Positions 1 through 12,263 of a DNA stretch of 64,000 nucleotides are shown in pieces (the first letter of the stretch is position 1; every line of letters starts with the position of its first letter). Origin of the DNA: Eutreptiella sp. 'Long Island Sound 2002'. Taxonomy: Eukaryota; Protista; Euglenida. The stretch spans positions 199,888,001 through 199,952,000 of the forward strand of contig OZ038378.1 in assembly GCA_964036045.1 (NCBI GenBank), given 5' to 3'. The notes under the pieces were generated by a model that searched no databases, had not been told where the DNA came from, and worked only from the letters and a program-made list of their open reading frames with translations. Position numbers and translations under genes: made by a program.

Positions 1-71
1 TGTTGAGGCGGGTGCTGCAGCACTGGGCTGGGAGTGCGGCTGGTGCTGGTCAGCCGGTGGTTGTGGAGGTG

Positions 72-235
72 GTGTAATGGAACTCAGCACAGGTGTGCAT
101 CGCAGCGCATGCGCATTTAATCTGTGATTTGTGAATGTGATTCGCATTGAATCGCAATGGAATTTTATTATAAAACTATTGTGTTTTATCACAGAATTAC
201 AGGATGAAATTTCGTAATGGTTCCGATGTTTCTTG
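72..235 (+). repeat. 164-bp direct repeat, copy 1 (copy 2 at 2633-2796)
   Basis: GTGTAATGGAACTCAGC...GTTCCGATGTTTCTTG appears identical at 72-235 and 2633-2796; flanks differ on both sides. Confidence 0.9.
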
Positions 236-382
236 GGATTGCATGTGATCACGGATTTGGAATGGGATCGAGGAGCTGAAGGTTTGTGCCTACGCCAGGA
301 AAGATTCCACGGGGAAAATAGTCACTCTGGGTAATCCCATTACAATCCTGTAATTCGATTTCCGTGATTTCCTGGCAACGAG

Positions 383-1159
383 ATGGTGGACATACTTGGT
401 GAACCGCGAGAAGTTTTTGTCCGAGTTCTGGCACAGTGTGACCTCTCGAAGCCTTCTGGGAGTGATCGGCACATACGAACACTGAGTTTCGCTGGCAGTG
501 CGTCCACGATGGACCTTGATTGCTGGTTGCATTTTGCTATGTTGCGTTCTTGTGTTCTTGATCGCCTTCGTCAACTTTTCCCTAACGTACGTTGTCCTGG
601 AGCCCCTGCGTCGCTGCCCTGTACGGCTTTTGAGTGGGAACGACTGCAACAACATCGTGCATGGAGCACTGGGACTAGTTCTCATCTGGGAATGGGTTAT
701 CACTACCCCTTTGAGTATGTTAGGAGTTTTGCGGCGCTGCGGCGCGTGGAGCAGGAGCACCGGTATGCTATAGTAGTGCTGGAGAGCTGCTGTGTTGATT
801 CCCTGCTGCACGAACAGTACCAACTTTTCTACAAAGAGTACCAGCGCCTCTATGGAGCCCATGCCAGGCCGCCTCACGATGCAACTGTTCTGAAGGCGTT
901 GGCGGCATTGGGCATTGGTCTTGATCGGTTGACTTCTGGGCTGACACAGATAGAGACGGAAGGCCGGGCCCGCGTCGTACAGTCTATTGCTGATATGCCT
1001 TTGCGCTCGTTCGTGAAGAGTGTGTCCCGGGGCGCTGTGTTCGAGGATAATGCATCGCCCAGCGCAGTGGGAGCAGGTCCGAATACGCCAAGGAAAGAAG
1101 TGAAATTTCAGGGCAAGACGAGAAGAGGAACAGGTGGACGACGTCGACAGCGAAAGTAA
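383..1159 (+). pseudogene. Unassigned 258-aa ORF, probably the 3' part of a decayed mobile-element gene
   Basis: The same frame continues upstream to about 242 through two stop codons. It has a helical segment LLHEQYQLFYKEY..P....VLKALAALG and a basic C-terminal tail, and lies between the 164-bp repeats. No family recognised. Confidence 0.3.
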
Positions 1160-2479
1160 GCAGGTTCTTTATAACCTTTGGTTGCGTGCTGTTTTCTTTG
1201 TGTATTTTAAATTCGCGCCGTATCCGTGTGCATGCTGGTGTGTAGCGTCCTCGTGTGCGTGTGTTGGTAGCGTCCTGCAGTCTCTGTTGTGTTGTTTCCT
1301 GTTAGCGTGCAGGGCAGTCTGGCAGTGCAGTTTAGGCTTGCGTGGGCAGCGCTAGGGTGTTTGGCTGCGAGTGATTCGCAGTGAGTGTGGTACACAGCGT
1401 GTGAGCGTGAGGCTCCTAGCCCTGTGCGTAACCCTGTGCGCGTCCTGCTTGTTTCGGCTTCTGTTTAGGCTGTGTTTTGTGCTGCTCCAGGGCAGCCCAG
1501 TGGAGCTGAAGTGGGCTGCTCCACGGGCGCACTGTAGGGCTGCCCCACGGGTGTGCCGTCTGAGTGGTTTCTTTTTGCTCTGTTTGTTTCTTACACTGTG
1601 TGGGTGAGTACAGACTGGTACATTCAGGCTAACCTGAATCTGCATGCAAATGAGTTGCATGTAAAAATGAGTTTGTGTTCTGTGTTCAGTTTGTCAGTTC
1701 TGAGGTGTGCAGTGTGTTTGTATATGTATATGTATGACTAGGCTTGCTTTATTTTCTGTTGTTTTGCTTTGCTTTACCTATAGTCGTTCAGTGCTGTGTG
1801 GGCATTGATGGATTCGCTTTGCGCCGTGGGGTGCGCAGTGCCCCGATGGCACTGCTTGGGGCTAATGCTATATTGTGTATGTTTCTCCCTCCTTTTACTC
1901 TGTGCAGTCGTCTGGAAGTGGAAATATCAGAGGTGCAAGCGGAGTTCAAGAGAGGTGCAACTGATTTCAAGCGATTTAATGCAAAGAAGTAATTTATGAT
2001 ATGCGCAGTGTGGCTGCTGAACATTTGTATATTACTAAGTGGGATCAGCACTTACATTTTTTTTTGCACTGCGAAGCTCTGCTTGTATTTTGCCTCTGGT
2101 GTTTGCCTACCAACCTGCCAGGGATTTTTATTTGGGACATGTTTTTCATTTTTCTTGGTTAAAACACTCTTTGCAGTGGGGTTTTTACAGCCCTTGGTGC
2201 AGCGGGCTGATTTTTTTTTAAAGCAAGGACTGTTTGTATTTTTTTGCGTTTGTTGTCGTAGATAACATATCATTTTTCCTTTCTGTAGGTGTGAGTGCAT
2301 GCAGTGCATGGTTAGCTTTAAAGTCTAGCTGAGTGCGTGTGCACAGGTGTTTCAGTTATTTGGACAATAGCTTAGTGCAGCACTTGCTTAGCCACTGCTG
2401 CAAGTGTTCTTTAATACTTGTAGGCGGGTTAGTATTGTAGGTGTGCATTGAGTTGAGTCTTTTTCCTATTTTTTTCAGC

Positions 2480-2504
2480 ACACTTTCTGAGTGTCTATTT
2501 TTTT
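2480..2504 (+). other. Euglenid spliced-leader (SL) exon relic, not an SL RNA gene
   Basis: ACACTTTCTGAGTGTCTATTTTTTT matches the euglenid SL exon (ACTTTCTGAGTGTCTATTTTTTTTCG). It is followed by AGGCAC rather than CG plus the GT donor of the SL intron. Confidence 0.75.
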
Positions 2505-2632
2505 AGGCACTTGGAGGGTGTTGCTGTCATCTCAGTCATCCAATCTTTTTTTTGTGCTGTGCTGCGTCCATCATTCCTCTTGTCAGCCCTGTGCCTGGTG
2601 CCTCGGCACCCTGCACATGGCTTGTGAGGGGA

Positions 2633-2796
2633 GTGTAATGGAACTCAGCACAGGTGTGCATCGCAGCGCATGCGCATTTAATCTGTGATTTGTGAATGTG
2701 ATTCGCATTGAATCGCAATGGAATTTTATTATAAAACTATTGTGTTTTATCACAGAATTACAGGATGAAATTTCGTAATGGTTCCGATGTTTCTTG
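2633..2796 (+). repeat. 164-bp direct repeat, copy 2
   Basis: Matches 72-235. Confidence 0.9.
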
Positions 2797-5700
2797 CTGG
2801 TCGGCCGATGGGACTCGCTGATGCAGGAGTCCTGGTCAGTCCACTTCCTTCACGGTCGCGGCGCGGTCAGGGCGATGCTCTGGACGGCGCTGCTGGCTCC
2901 GTGACGAACTCGGCGCTGTCGCTGGATGGCGCTGCGAGCCGCTGCGCTGCGCTGCGAGACGCTGCGCTGCGCTGCGAGCTGCGAGCTGCGCCGCGCTGCT
3001 CGGGGTTGGTGGCCCCGAGTGGCACGCGAGGGCTGGGTAACCCAGCGGCGATGAAACGCTTTTGACGCGTTCCCCTGGGGGGCCTGGCCACGGGACGCTG
3101 CGGTGGACACGCGCAAGTGAGCAGGCAGGCAAAGCACTACGCTCACAGGGGCATCAATGCGCTCATGTCATGTGACAAAGCGTTTCAGGATCCTTGCCAC
3201 TCTGCAACAAGGGAACGAAAGTATGTACAGCAACACATCAGGATATGTACACATGGGGTTAAGACTGGACTGGGGTAAGGGCATCACAGGACAATAGACA
3301 CTCAGTCCTAACTCGTATCCCAATCCCAGGTCCGACCCTCTCAGTGGCTGGTGGGGGCGGGGGCTCAAACACAACCCATGCCCTGCTCAGTCCGGACCCT
3401 GAAACCCTGCCAATAGGGGGGGTGTCCTGCCCCGCCACAGGCAAGTTCCTGGGAACCAAGGGGCTCCAAGGCCAACCAACAGTGGCTCCCTATGCTCCTC
3501 TAACGGCAGGTCCCAACTCCTCTCTGAGCCAGAGATATGGCCCCGCCATTATCCCCTAGGAGTTGGTAGCTGAAAATGGGCTGTTTCAGCGAAAACTGAT
3601 ATTAGCTCAAAAATCACCAAAATTGACCCCTCGTCCGGACCCGCCAGAGGTAGGGACGAGGCAACTGACCCTATGCCCTTCGAGTACGAACTCCCTGGAG
3701 CCCTCACCCAACCTGGTTCCCTCTGAGGTCCCGGCATCAGGGCGCCACGGGTTCGCCAAGTGGGGTCAGGATGCCCAAAATGGCAAAGTCGGCCGTCTCG
3801 GGCGACCGTCCAGGGTAGGAAACCTTGGCGATATTGACGCGCTAAGCCTTGATTCACAACCCTTGATATCCCCTTTGGTCCCATGCCCTGGGTTATCGCT
3901 TGCTGTCACGCCGGCTGCTTACTGTTCACCGAGGGGATGACCACACGGATGGGGCAGAAAGCAACATGCGGTGCAAAGGTGGGGATCGTGGATCGCACCA
4001 AAAGTTGAATAACTCCGGATGAGCCGGAGGAGCAAATACGAAACTCAAGGGCGTTCAACCCTTGGTCATATGCTAAAATATGCGACCTTCCTTCCTGGCT
4101 AGATCCTGTGCCCCATGGAGATATGGTAATTCCAATATGGCATACAATGGCAAAAACAGCGAAATTTGGCCAAAATGGCCCGCACTCATGATTCCATATC
4201 TCCATGGCCACGGCGATGATCCTTTCAACCAAAGATGCGATAGACACATGGGACTTAGGTCCCAATATATGCCACTTGCCATCCCTCATGGTCGCCTCTA
4301 GCTATTTTTCCCATTGGAGGGAATGTGACACACGTATGGGGCAGAATGGCAACATGCCCCAACTTGGGTGACTCACAACTCTCCCATCGAGAGGAGAGGC
4401 CACATGGGGAAACATCCCATTTGATGCGGGTTTACGTGCCCTCTCCGAATTGCCCTTACCCTTGGTCAAGTGGCGCACGCAACCTCGGGGGTGAAATCAG
4501 GGGGAGAAGGAGTTTGTGGCCATTTTGGGCAAAACGGCCAAAATTCACCCAAAAGTGGTCCCTCCAAATATCGTATCTCCGTATCACGAGAGAAAGGAGC
4601 CTCGGGCTTTTGCATGGATGCAAACCGAAGCTTTGCTTCCCTTTTGCAACAAGGGTTGAGGTTCAAAACACAATGAAAGCATTTTTAACACCTCAATCCT
4701 TGAAGCACACTATTTATGGGAAAAAGTGCATATATCGGCGATATTGGCATGAACATATCTTTGGGACCTTGAGGAGCAAAAATATGAGTAAACACTTTTG
4801 GAGTAGGCCCATAGTAGGTGCTTTCAAAGATGCACACTATGGTTAGATTGTCTCCGCCCACTCGTGTCATTAGTGCTTGCATATGAGCGCGTGTGTAAAG
4901 AGGCAATGTGGCACGCGTGCTCACAAGGCGAAATTATATAAAATAGAAGACAAGGTTGTAAAAATCAACCAAGCCATCCACGATGTCCTTCGTGGTCTCT
5001 ACTTTACATATTGCCTTGGTTCGAGGCTCAACTCCCCATAGGCTTCGAATACGAGCCTCGGGGGTTTGGCCATTTTGGCCTAATTTTCGACCAAAACTTG
5101 CCCTCTTTTGAAAATAGAGTTTTGGTACGCATTGAATTGCGTGGAGCCATCGTTGAGTTGGCTCGAAAAACGAAAATGACCTCGGGCTTTTGGTCTTGTG
5201 AGCATTGTGTTCGGTCATTAACGTTCATGCTCACAAGGCCACAAAGTTAGCGTTTGCGCACGCAAACGACTTGGGTTTGCGAGACCCATAGGCTGCCTAA
5301 AACACCGCCATTGCCCGCTTCCCTAAGCAAGATGATATGCCCGCGTGAAAGGGGCATGGATGAAGGACATAGGGGGGAGATGTAGGGTTCCGTGCGAACT
5401 CATGGTCCTTGAGAAGCATGAGTTCGCACGATCGACGGAAAGCCTTGCGCGTTGATTTTTTCGAAAACGCAACGGCGAAAAATTCTGGTGAGCACACCAG
5501 ATGAAAGTACATTAAAAACCCTCTAGATTCCGCCCTTAAGTTCTCTTAGAGCCTCACAGGTACTCGAGAAAAGTCAATCACAAAACTCGCCACGGAGAAG
5601 CGACGAAGGCGCACGAACAGGCGACATCAGGCGGCGATTTCAGGACAATTGGAAATCGCGGTAGAAATCGGGTATTTCACCGATTTCTGACCGAAAATCG

Positions 5701-5940
5701 ATCAAGACAATAAAATTACGGTAATTCTACATCGATTTATTGGTTAGAAATCGGATTCCAGATTTCGCGGGTTAGAGAACAGGGAAAGCCGGTGTCAACG
5801 GCTTCCGCACGGGTGTCAACGGCTCGCAGACCTCCGGGCCATGGGCCATAACGGGTGTGACGGCTCACAGGCCTCCGGGCCATGGGCCATAGGTTCTGGG
5901 TACCGCTTCAATACCCTATTGTGCTAACTCTCTTCTCTAC

Positions 5941-7116
5941 GTGGATTTCATCCACGGCCTACCACGCTTTGGCGGCTATGAGAGTTGCCTCGTGGTCACC
6001 TGTGGTCTATCTCGCTTCACCCGAGTGTTCCCTTGTAATAAGAAAATCACAGGTGAGCAGACTGTGAAAATGTTTGTCGAACAATGGTTCGAACCCTATG
6101 GAGCACCTAAGCAGGTGCACTCTGATGAAGATGTACGCATCCGCAGTGACACTGGGTGGTACAAACGAGTGCTAAATGCCCTCAACGTGGAGGTAACCAC
6201 AGGTGTGCCCTATACCCACACGTCTAACCCTCTGTCTGAGAGACAGAACCGTGTGGTGGAGCAAAACTTAAGAATCCTGATGAAACAGGAGCGCACCAAG
6301 GACTGGGTACGCCTAGTGCCCTGGGCAGTGCTGTCCATGAACTCACAACGGAGCTCTTCTACGGGTTTCACCCCCCACGAACTGTTCCATGGAGGACGAC
6401 CTGCTTGGTTCTTCAAAACCCCCTTTCCTGAGGACTTCAAGAGCCCTGTGGGAGATTGGCTGGAACACAAGCAGTCTCTGGCTAACCAGGCTGGTACTAA
6501 CCTGAGGCACATTCGTGACCGTGAACAGAGCCGACGGAACCGCCTACGGCGACCTGCCAGCTTCAAGGTTGGTGACCTTGTTTTGGTACACCATTCACGC
6601 CTACCCTCCTGGCCACGTAACTGCCTACAGGACCCTTACTTTGGACCCTATCGTATCATCAGGATAGATGGATCCAGGATCCATGTCAGGTGCAGTCCAC
6701 GTCTAGGTGGTGAACTGCTGTGTGCACCTAAGCAGTTGAGGCACTATCACTCCCCTGACGACTCGTCTTGGGATGAGTGGCGCCTCAGCGACAGTGAGAT
6801 TGAACGTATAGACCTAGAGAACGCTGCCAGTCCAGAGGAGGCAGACGAACTCGAAGAGATGACTGCCGATGAGATGGCAGTCGATGGTTACTACGTGGTT
6901 GCAGGTATTGCTCGCCACGAGTATATACAGGGCTGGAAATTCCTTACCCTGTGGGATGGCTATGGGTTGTCTGAGGCGACCTGGGAACCTATGTCAGCCT
7001 TCATACAACCAGATGGGAGTATCAACCCCATCTTCCGCACTTACCTCGTTGAGAACAACGAGGGGCAGCTCCTAACCCGTGCTGAGACTATGTCCCAGCG
7101 TAAGAAGCGAAACTAA
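5941..7116 (+). mobile_element. Ty3/gypsy (chromovirus-like) pol C-terminus: rve integrase + GPY/F + chromodomain, 5'-truncated
   Basis: Motifs: VDFIHGLP (D1), VHSDED (D2), SNPLSERQNRVVEQNLR (E), W..LVPWAVLSMNS...SSTGFTPHELFHG, GPYRII, and chromodomain YYVVAGIARHE...KFLTLWDGYGLSEATWEP. The frame extends a few codons upstream (IPYCANSLLY) and is cut off near 5900. Confidence 0.9.
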
Positions 7117-7298
7117 TCTCCCTGTGTCAGTCTGTGCCCTGCGGACCCATGCCTATGGTTTCCAGCGTGAGCCAGGTGGCCGCTTATCATGATTGCAGCC
7201 ACCCAGCGAGTGTGTGCCTTGTTGACCATGTGTTGCATGGGTACTGCCCTAATGTAATGACCTTGGAGAGCCAACGAAGAACGGTGGCTTACTACACC

Positions 7299-8284
7299 AG
7301 GGGGGAATGACAAGCAAGGTGTTATGAGGTAAGGTGTGTCTTCCCTCCTTGGGACAAGCGAGCCCACAGTTAGGACCCCTGACTGGTCCAGACCCATGGG
7401 GTTCTACCCTTCCTTACAGGGTTTACCATACCCCTAAGTGTGCTACGTATGTCTATGTGTGTCTCACTTCTCTCCCCAGCGTGGCTCCCGGAGACCGGGC
7501 TTCGCTGACGTCGGACCGAAGGTCCTAATCAGGTACTATTACCACTCCTATGGCGCCCAATTTCTGTGCTGGCGCCTATCCTTGGGGTAAGACGGCAAAA
7601 GCCCTACCTACTAGAGGGGAGGGGTGGCCAAGTGTGCTAAGGGCATACAAAACGCCCATTTTTGCTACAGGCCAAAAGCTAACGCACTCCCCTGCCCACG
7701 AGGAAAAGCACGCGGGACAGGAGACACCACTACACTACACTCACTAACGCCAGCACCGGCCTTCGAAGGCAGGGTGAGCACTCATCACTTGCACTCAACT
7801 CCTGCCAGGCCTGCTGACCCTAACCCCTACACACGCTACTGGGTGCTGCTGTCGAAGATCACTCAGGCCCTAGTGGCCCTCCTGTGAAGAGTACAAGAGA
7901 ACACAGCGCTCCTAAGCAGCTGTGGCCTAACAGGGGACGCCACAACGCGTTTCCCCTGCTAGGGCTTGGAGGGAAGGGGTGCTCTCGTTGCGTGCACAGC
8001 GCAGATGTCGTTGAAGTCGAACTGCCCTCGCCAGTCCTGGCTGAGGCACAGTCATTTGATTTGTGATCAGCGCCCCTGTTTTGCTGGGGCAGAAAAATGG
8101 ATAGCCGCCGAAGGCAGCTGCTGCGTGCACCAATCACCCTTAACCTCTCCCACCTGTACAACAGAGGCAAATGAAGGGGTGTTTGCGGCGGAGGAACCAA
8201 GCCACACTCCAGGTATTATACCCTTCTCAGTGTGACCTATAATACACTGTCCGCAAACACGCTGACGGATCAGCTCCCCTGTCA
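7299..8284 (+). mobile_element. Polypurine tract (7299-7307) and probable 3' LTR (7308-8284, 977 bp)
   Basis: AGGGGGGAA lies immediately before TGACA, 182 nt after the integrase stop; the inverted terminus TGTCA is at 8280-8284. No second LTR copy is in the window, so the right boundary is inferred. Confidence 0.55.
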
Positions 8285-9321
8285 AGCAAGCAAGCTTTAA
8301 GAGACTCCTCAGGTTCTCTTAAAGAACGTACCGAGGAGCCTCTGGGTAACCTAAACAAGGTTTACCGTGCGCAATTCGCGTGGCCTACCCTTTAATGCAT
8401 CATGTGCACGCAGGGAAGGGAGGCTGAACCACTGACTCAACCAGGAGGTGGCTCCTCCTGGGCTAACCTACCTTACTCACCATGCATCGTGTGAATGCCG
8501 AATTCAAACGAACACAAAACAAGCCTAAGCGTTTTAAGCAACCCTACTTTAACGCCACGGCCACACACGAACAAACGCTTTCTTTACTTACCTGTGAAGA
8601 AGAAAACAAGGGTGAATTTGGGGTCAGGGAAAGCGTCACAGCGTGTGAATGCGTCGATTAGGCACATGCATTGCGAGCACAGCGCATATTCTAACCCTAC
8701 GTGCGCGTTGCGCGCTTCATTCGCATCGCATACCTTTCATTTCTGTTTTTACCTGTGCAGAGCACGAGAGAGGAACACCCGACCCCCCAACGAGCACAGC
8801 GTTGACAACCCTAACGTTTTAACGAAACAACCAACACGAACGCAATGCGTGAGTGTGAGGTGACACTGACATACCTGAGAGATGGGTTGTTGACCTGCTC
8901 TGTGGTGTGGGCTAAATTTGAATACTTGACTCTGAAGTTTATAAAAATTTTGATGCAACTGTGCAAAAATTTCCTTTAGAAGTTTAAAAACTACGGCTCA
9001 TACCTTCTTTTCCAAAAGCCGTTTACGCTTGCGCAACCCTTTTCTTGGAGCCCGCTTCCTTTGCGCTTGTCTGCGACTTTAAGTTATGTGTAAAAATGAC
9101 GATTTCCCGCGTGGTTTCGTCGATTTTTAACGATTTCACTTGCTAAATCGCGACCCCTTCCGCTAAACCGCAGGAATCACTCCCTGCTGGTTACATTTTC
9201 TATTTTTTCTAGCTCCTGGAGGTTTGTGTCCTCCATTGGGAGTATTGCTCCGCCCTGGCCCTTGGTCAAGACGTATACTAAAACGCTGTTTATACAGCGA
9301 TAGCCGTTCACATTAGAGCGT

Positions 9322-9392
9322 TCGACTGTACCCTAGTGGGCAAGCACATGTGCTCTAGGGAGGGAGTCCTGGGTTCAAACCCCACTACCCCC
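9322..9392 (+). repeat. tRNA-derived (SINE head or pseudo-tRNA) sequence
   Basis: A-box-like TAGTGGGCAAG and B-box-like GGTTCAAACCC at tRNA spacing; the cloverleaf stems do not pair, so it is not a functional tRNA. A similar, weaker relic is at about 45795-45865. Confidence 0.4.
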
Positions 9393-10273
9393 AAACTTTT
9401 TCCAAAAGTTTTCGTCGCACGCCGGCGACTTTTGAGGAATGCCCCTTCGAAGGGACATCATTCACGGTACATTGCACTGTTTTTCAAGGGTACCTACAGT
9501 GTGATAGGCTTCTATGAAGTGATGAGGATGTTTTTGGTAAGTTTAATGCATTTTCTGAGGTAATTTTGGGAATATTTGAGCCTTTTTCCTTGGTCCTACT
9601 AGCTTAGCTAACTAGTACTCCAGGGGAGAGTAAGAAAAAGTCACTGCCATGTCTTTCTTGGAGGGCTTGATCCAGGCCAAGCCCCCCTTAAAACCCTTTT
9701 GCTGATGCTAAGACAAACTTAAGTGTTTTTGTCTCTCTTTTGTTGCCTAAAGTACACTTTCTCAAAGTAACTAGGGTTGTGACCCTAGCCCTCCATGAAG
9801 TTCACCCCTACCACTCAACTGAGCGGAGGTACCTTCCTTCATGGAGGATATACCGAAATAAAACAGGCATGCTTTAGGCCTTGGAGGTTAAGCCTAGTGG
9901 TCTCCCACCCCAAGACCCCTATACTCAATTGTTTCTACCACTTATTGTGGTCCTACTTTGTAACTGTTTCTGAATTCAGTTGCCTGGCCAAGTCATTTTC
10001 TGTGTGGTCCTGACATCTATGCCCCACATTCCCAACCAGCACCATTACACCCAAAAGAGTGCACATAAAGTGCCTAATGCTATCTCTGAGGCAAGAGTCA
10101 GACCAATTTTCATATAAAATCTTTTGTATTGTCCATTTGTGATTGAATCTATGTGTATAAACCTGCTTTGTCTATCTGCAGCCCTTCTGTGTTACACTGG
10201 ATTCCAAAACCGATCATTGATTCGATCCACATCCTGTCCTTGCTCTACTTGCTGCTTTGGTTTGGGTTTTCAA

Positions 10274-11300
10274 CTACAAAACCTGCAGGAATACATCAAA
10301 ATATCTACGGCATAATTCAAGGACATCTTTCTCAACATGTGATGTTGTTGGTGTTGTTGTTGTAGTTGTTGTTGTTGTTGTTGTCGTAGCTGTTGTAGGT
10401 GGTCTTGCAGTTGTTGTTGTTGTAGTTATTGTCGTTGTTGTTGTCGTTGTAGCCGCCTGGCATATAGCGTCCCAAACCTCCACCAACATGTCTTCGTCAA
10501 CGTCAACGGGATCAGGGACATGATCTGGGAGCACACCAAATATCTCGTTTGTGGTGTCCATGTGGTCAGGGTTCTCACACTCATGGGGCCAGAGGAAAAA
10601 ATCCGGTGCGCCCAGCTTTCTTCGCATGATACGCCAATTGCGGTGATGCAAAAAAAGTGCAAGCTTGGCATGGGCATACTCGACACCATGCCGGGCAGCT
10701 TGCATGATGCGGTTAGGATCCTTGTGCAAGGTTTCGCAAGGTTGGGTTCCAACCTTGTTTTCGTCTAAGCATCCTTTCCGCACATGCCCCTTAGCGTTCT
10801 CAACGGCTTGTGCCAAGGTGCGAGTGCCCAAACCCTCCTGTATGGCAAGATTGTGCCACACATCCAACGCCTCCAAAATTTCTTCCCGCGTCCAATGACG
10901 ATCTCCGGTCAAATTTTTTTTTAGTTGGCCGGAAACGAACAGTTATCGGGGGTGTTTGGGGAGTGCGCAACGCAGGTGTTGTTTGAAATGAAAAGTATCT
11001 AAGTACACCATTACATCCCGGCCAAAAATGGTCTGCAGCATTTTTTGGTCAATGCAACACCGATCCGTGAAAACGGTTCGCACATGTGACTGGGGGCCTT
11101 TCAATGCAGACAGAAGATTTTTTATGGTTTGGTGCTTATTGTTGGCACAAAACTGCCATGCCACAACAAGCCGTTGATGCGTTGATAGAACTTCATGTCG
11201 TACAAAGGACAGATTGGGAGAGAATTGGGGTCGTGAATCACAAATCTGAGGTGCAATTGGGAACGTTCGGTGTTGCAATTTGTGTGTCACAAAAGTAATT
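10274..11300 (-). pseudogene. DDE transposase relic of the D/C-x-x-H (MULE/hAT/P/Kolobok-like) supergroup, one in-frame stop
   Basis: ORFs 10943-11317 and 10274-10912 are in the same frame, separated by a single TAA. Motifs: VLSTHQRLVVAWQF, VFTDRCC, VYLDTFH (DxxH), HVRKGCL, GTQPCETLH (putative catalytic E). A poly-Thr tail is encoded by a (GTT)n tract at about 10339-10450. Confidence 0.6.
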
Positions 11301-12263
11301 GCAACGATTTTCATCATTCTCTAATGCCGCAAGCCACATCCAATTCCCATGCCCGCCCGGGGCATACGGACCACAACAGTATGTGTGGTCCGTATGCCCC
11401 GGGCGGGCACGGGATTGAATCCCGCTTGCGTACAATACATACATGATTGGGTAACCTACATACGTGTAAATACAGTGAGGCAGTTCAGGTGGGAGTATGG
11501 TTCCGCTGAGCGTACCTCTAAAATTGAGTGTAGCTCGAAAGGTAAACGGAACCATACTCACGTGCGTTCCCCGGTAAAACGCTATGCCACCCAGAGGCAA
11601 ATCGGGGCTTGAATTGAGAGTATCATCCCCAACCACGATCCCGAAACGCGTCTAGCATCAACCAACTTTTGGAAATCTGAACCTCGATCGTTGCTTAGGT
11701 TCCTTAGCGTTGCTTATCTGCCTTATCTACACCATCCTACCACAAATGCAAACCAAAAAGGCAACCGTATCACAAGTCAAATTCAAGCTTTCACGAACCT
11801 TTCCTTAAATGCAATTTCTGCAGCACAACGAAACTGGAACCAAAAAATCAACCTGACTGTATTGCGATTCATCAAATAATTAATTTATTAACTGCGGATG
11901 CGACAAATGCATTCCATCATTCAACAGAACATTTCTGATCGTCTTTGTTTCATCATTTTTTGTCTGTTACCGCAGCCCTTATTGCAACCTTATTGCGACC
12001 TAATGTCGACCTAATGTCGATCGACTTAGGTCGACATTAGGTCGACAAACCCCCACCTAGTCAGTGTCAAATTTCTCCCCAGTTTTGCGAGTCGCGAATT
12101 CCGGCGCACGGTGCAACTTTGGGTATTAGGGAAAAAAACCTCATTACACAGGCCATGCTTTGGAGTGTCCTTTTTGACTTTTTGAGAAGGACATAGAAGG
12201 GTTGAACGGGTGCGCTTTTTCTTCGTAATTCATTCATGTTCATTCTCTTGCTCGGTTTTAGTA

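Noticed and set aside
11630-11660. CGAAACGCGTC resembling the 3' half of a minimal hammerhead
   Set aside because: No CUGANGA box at a suitable distance upstream.
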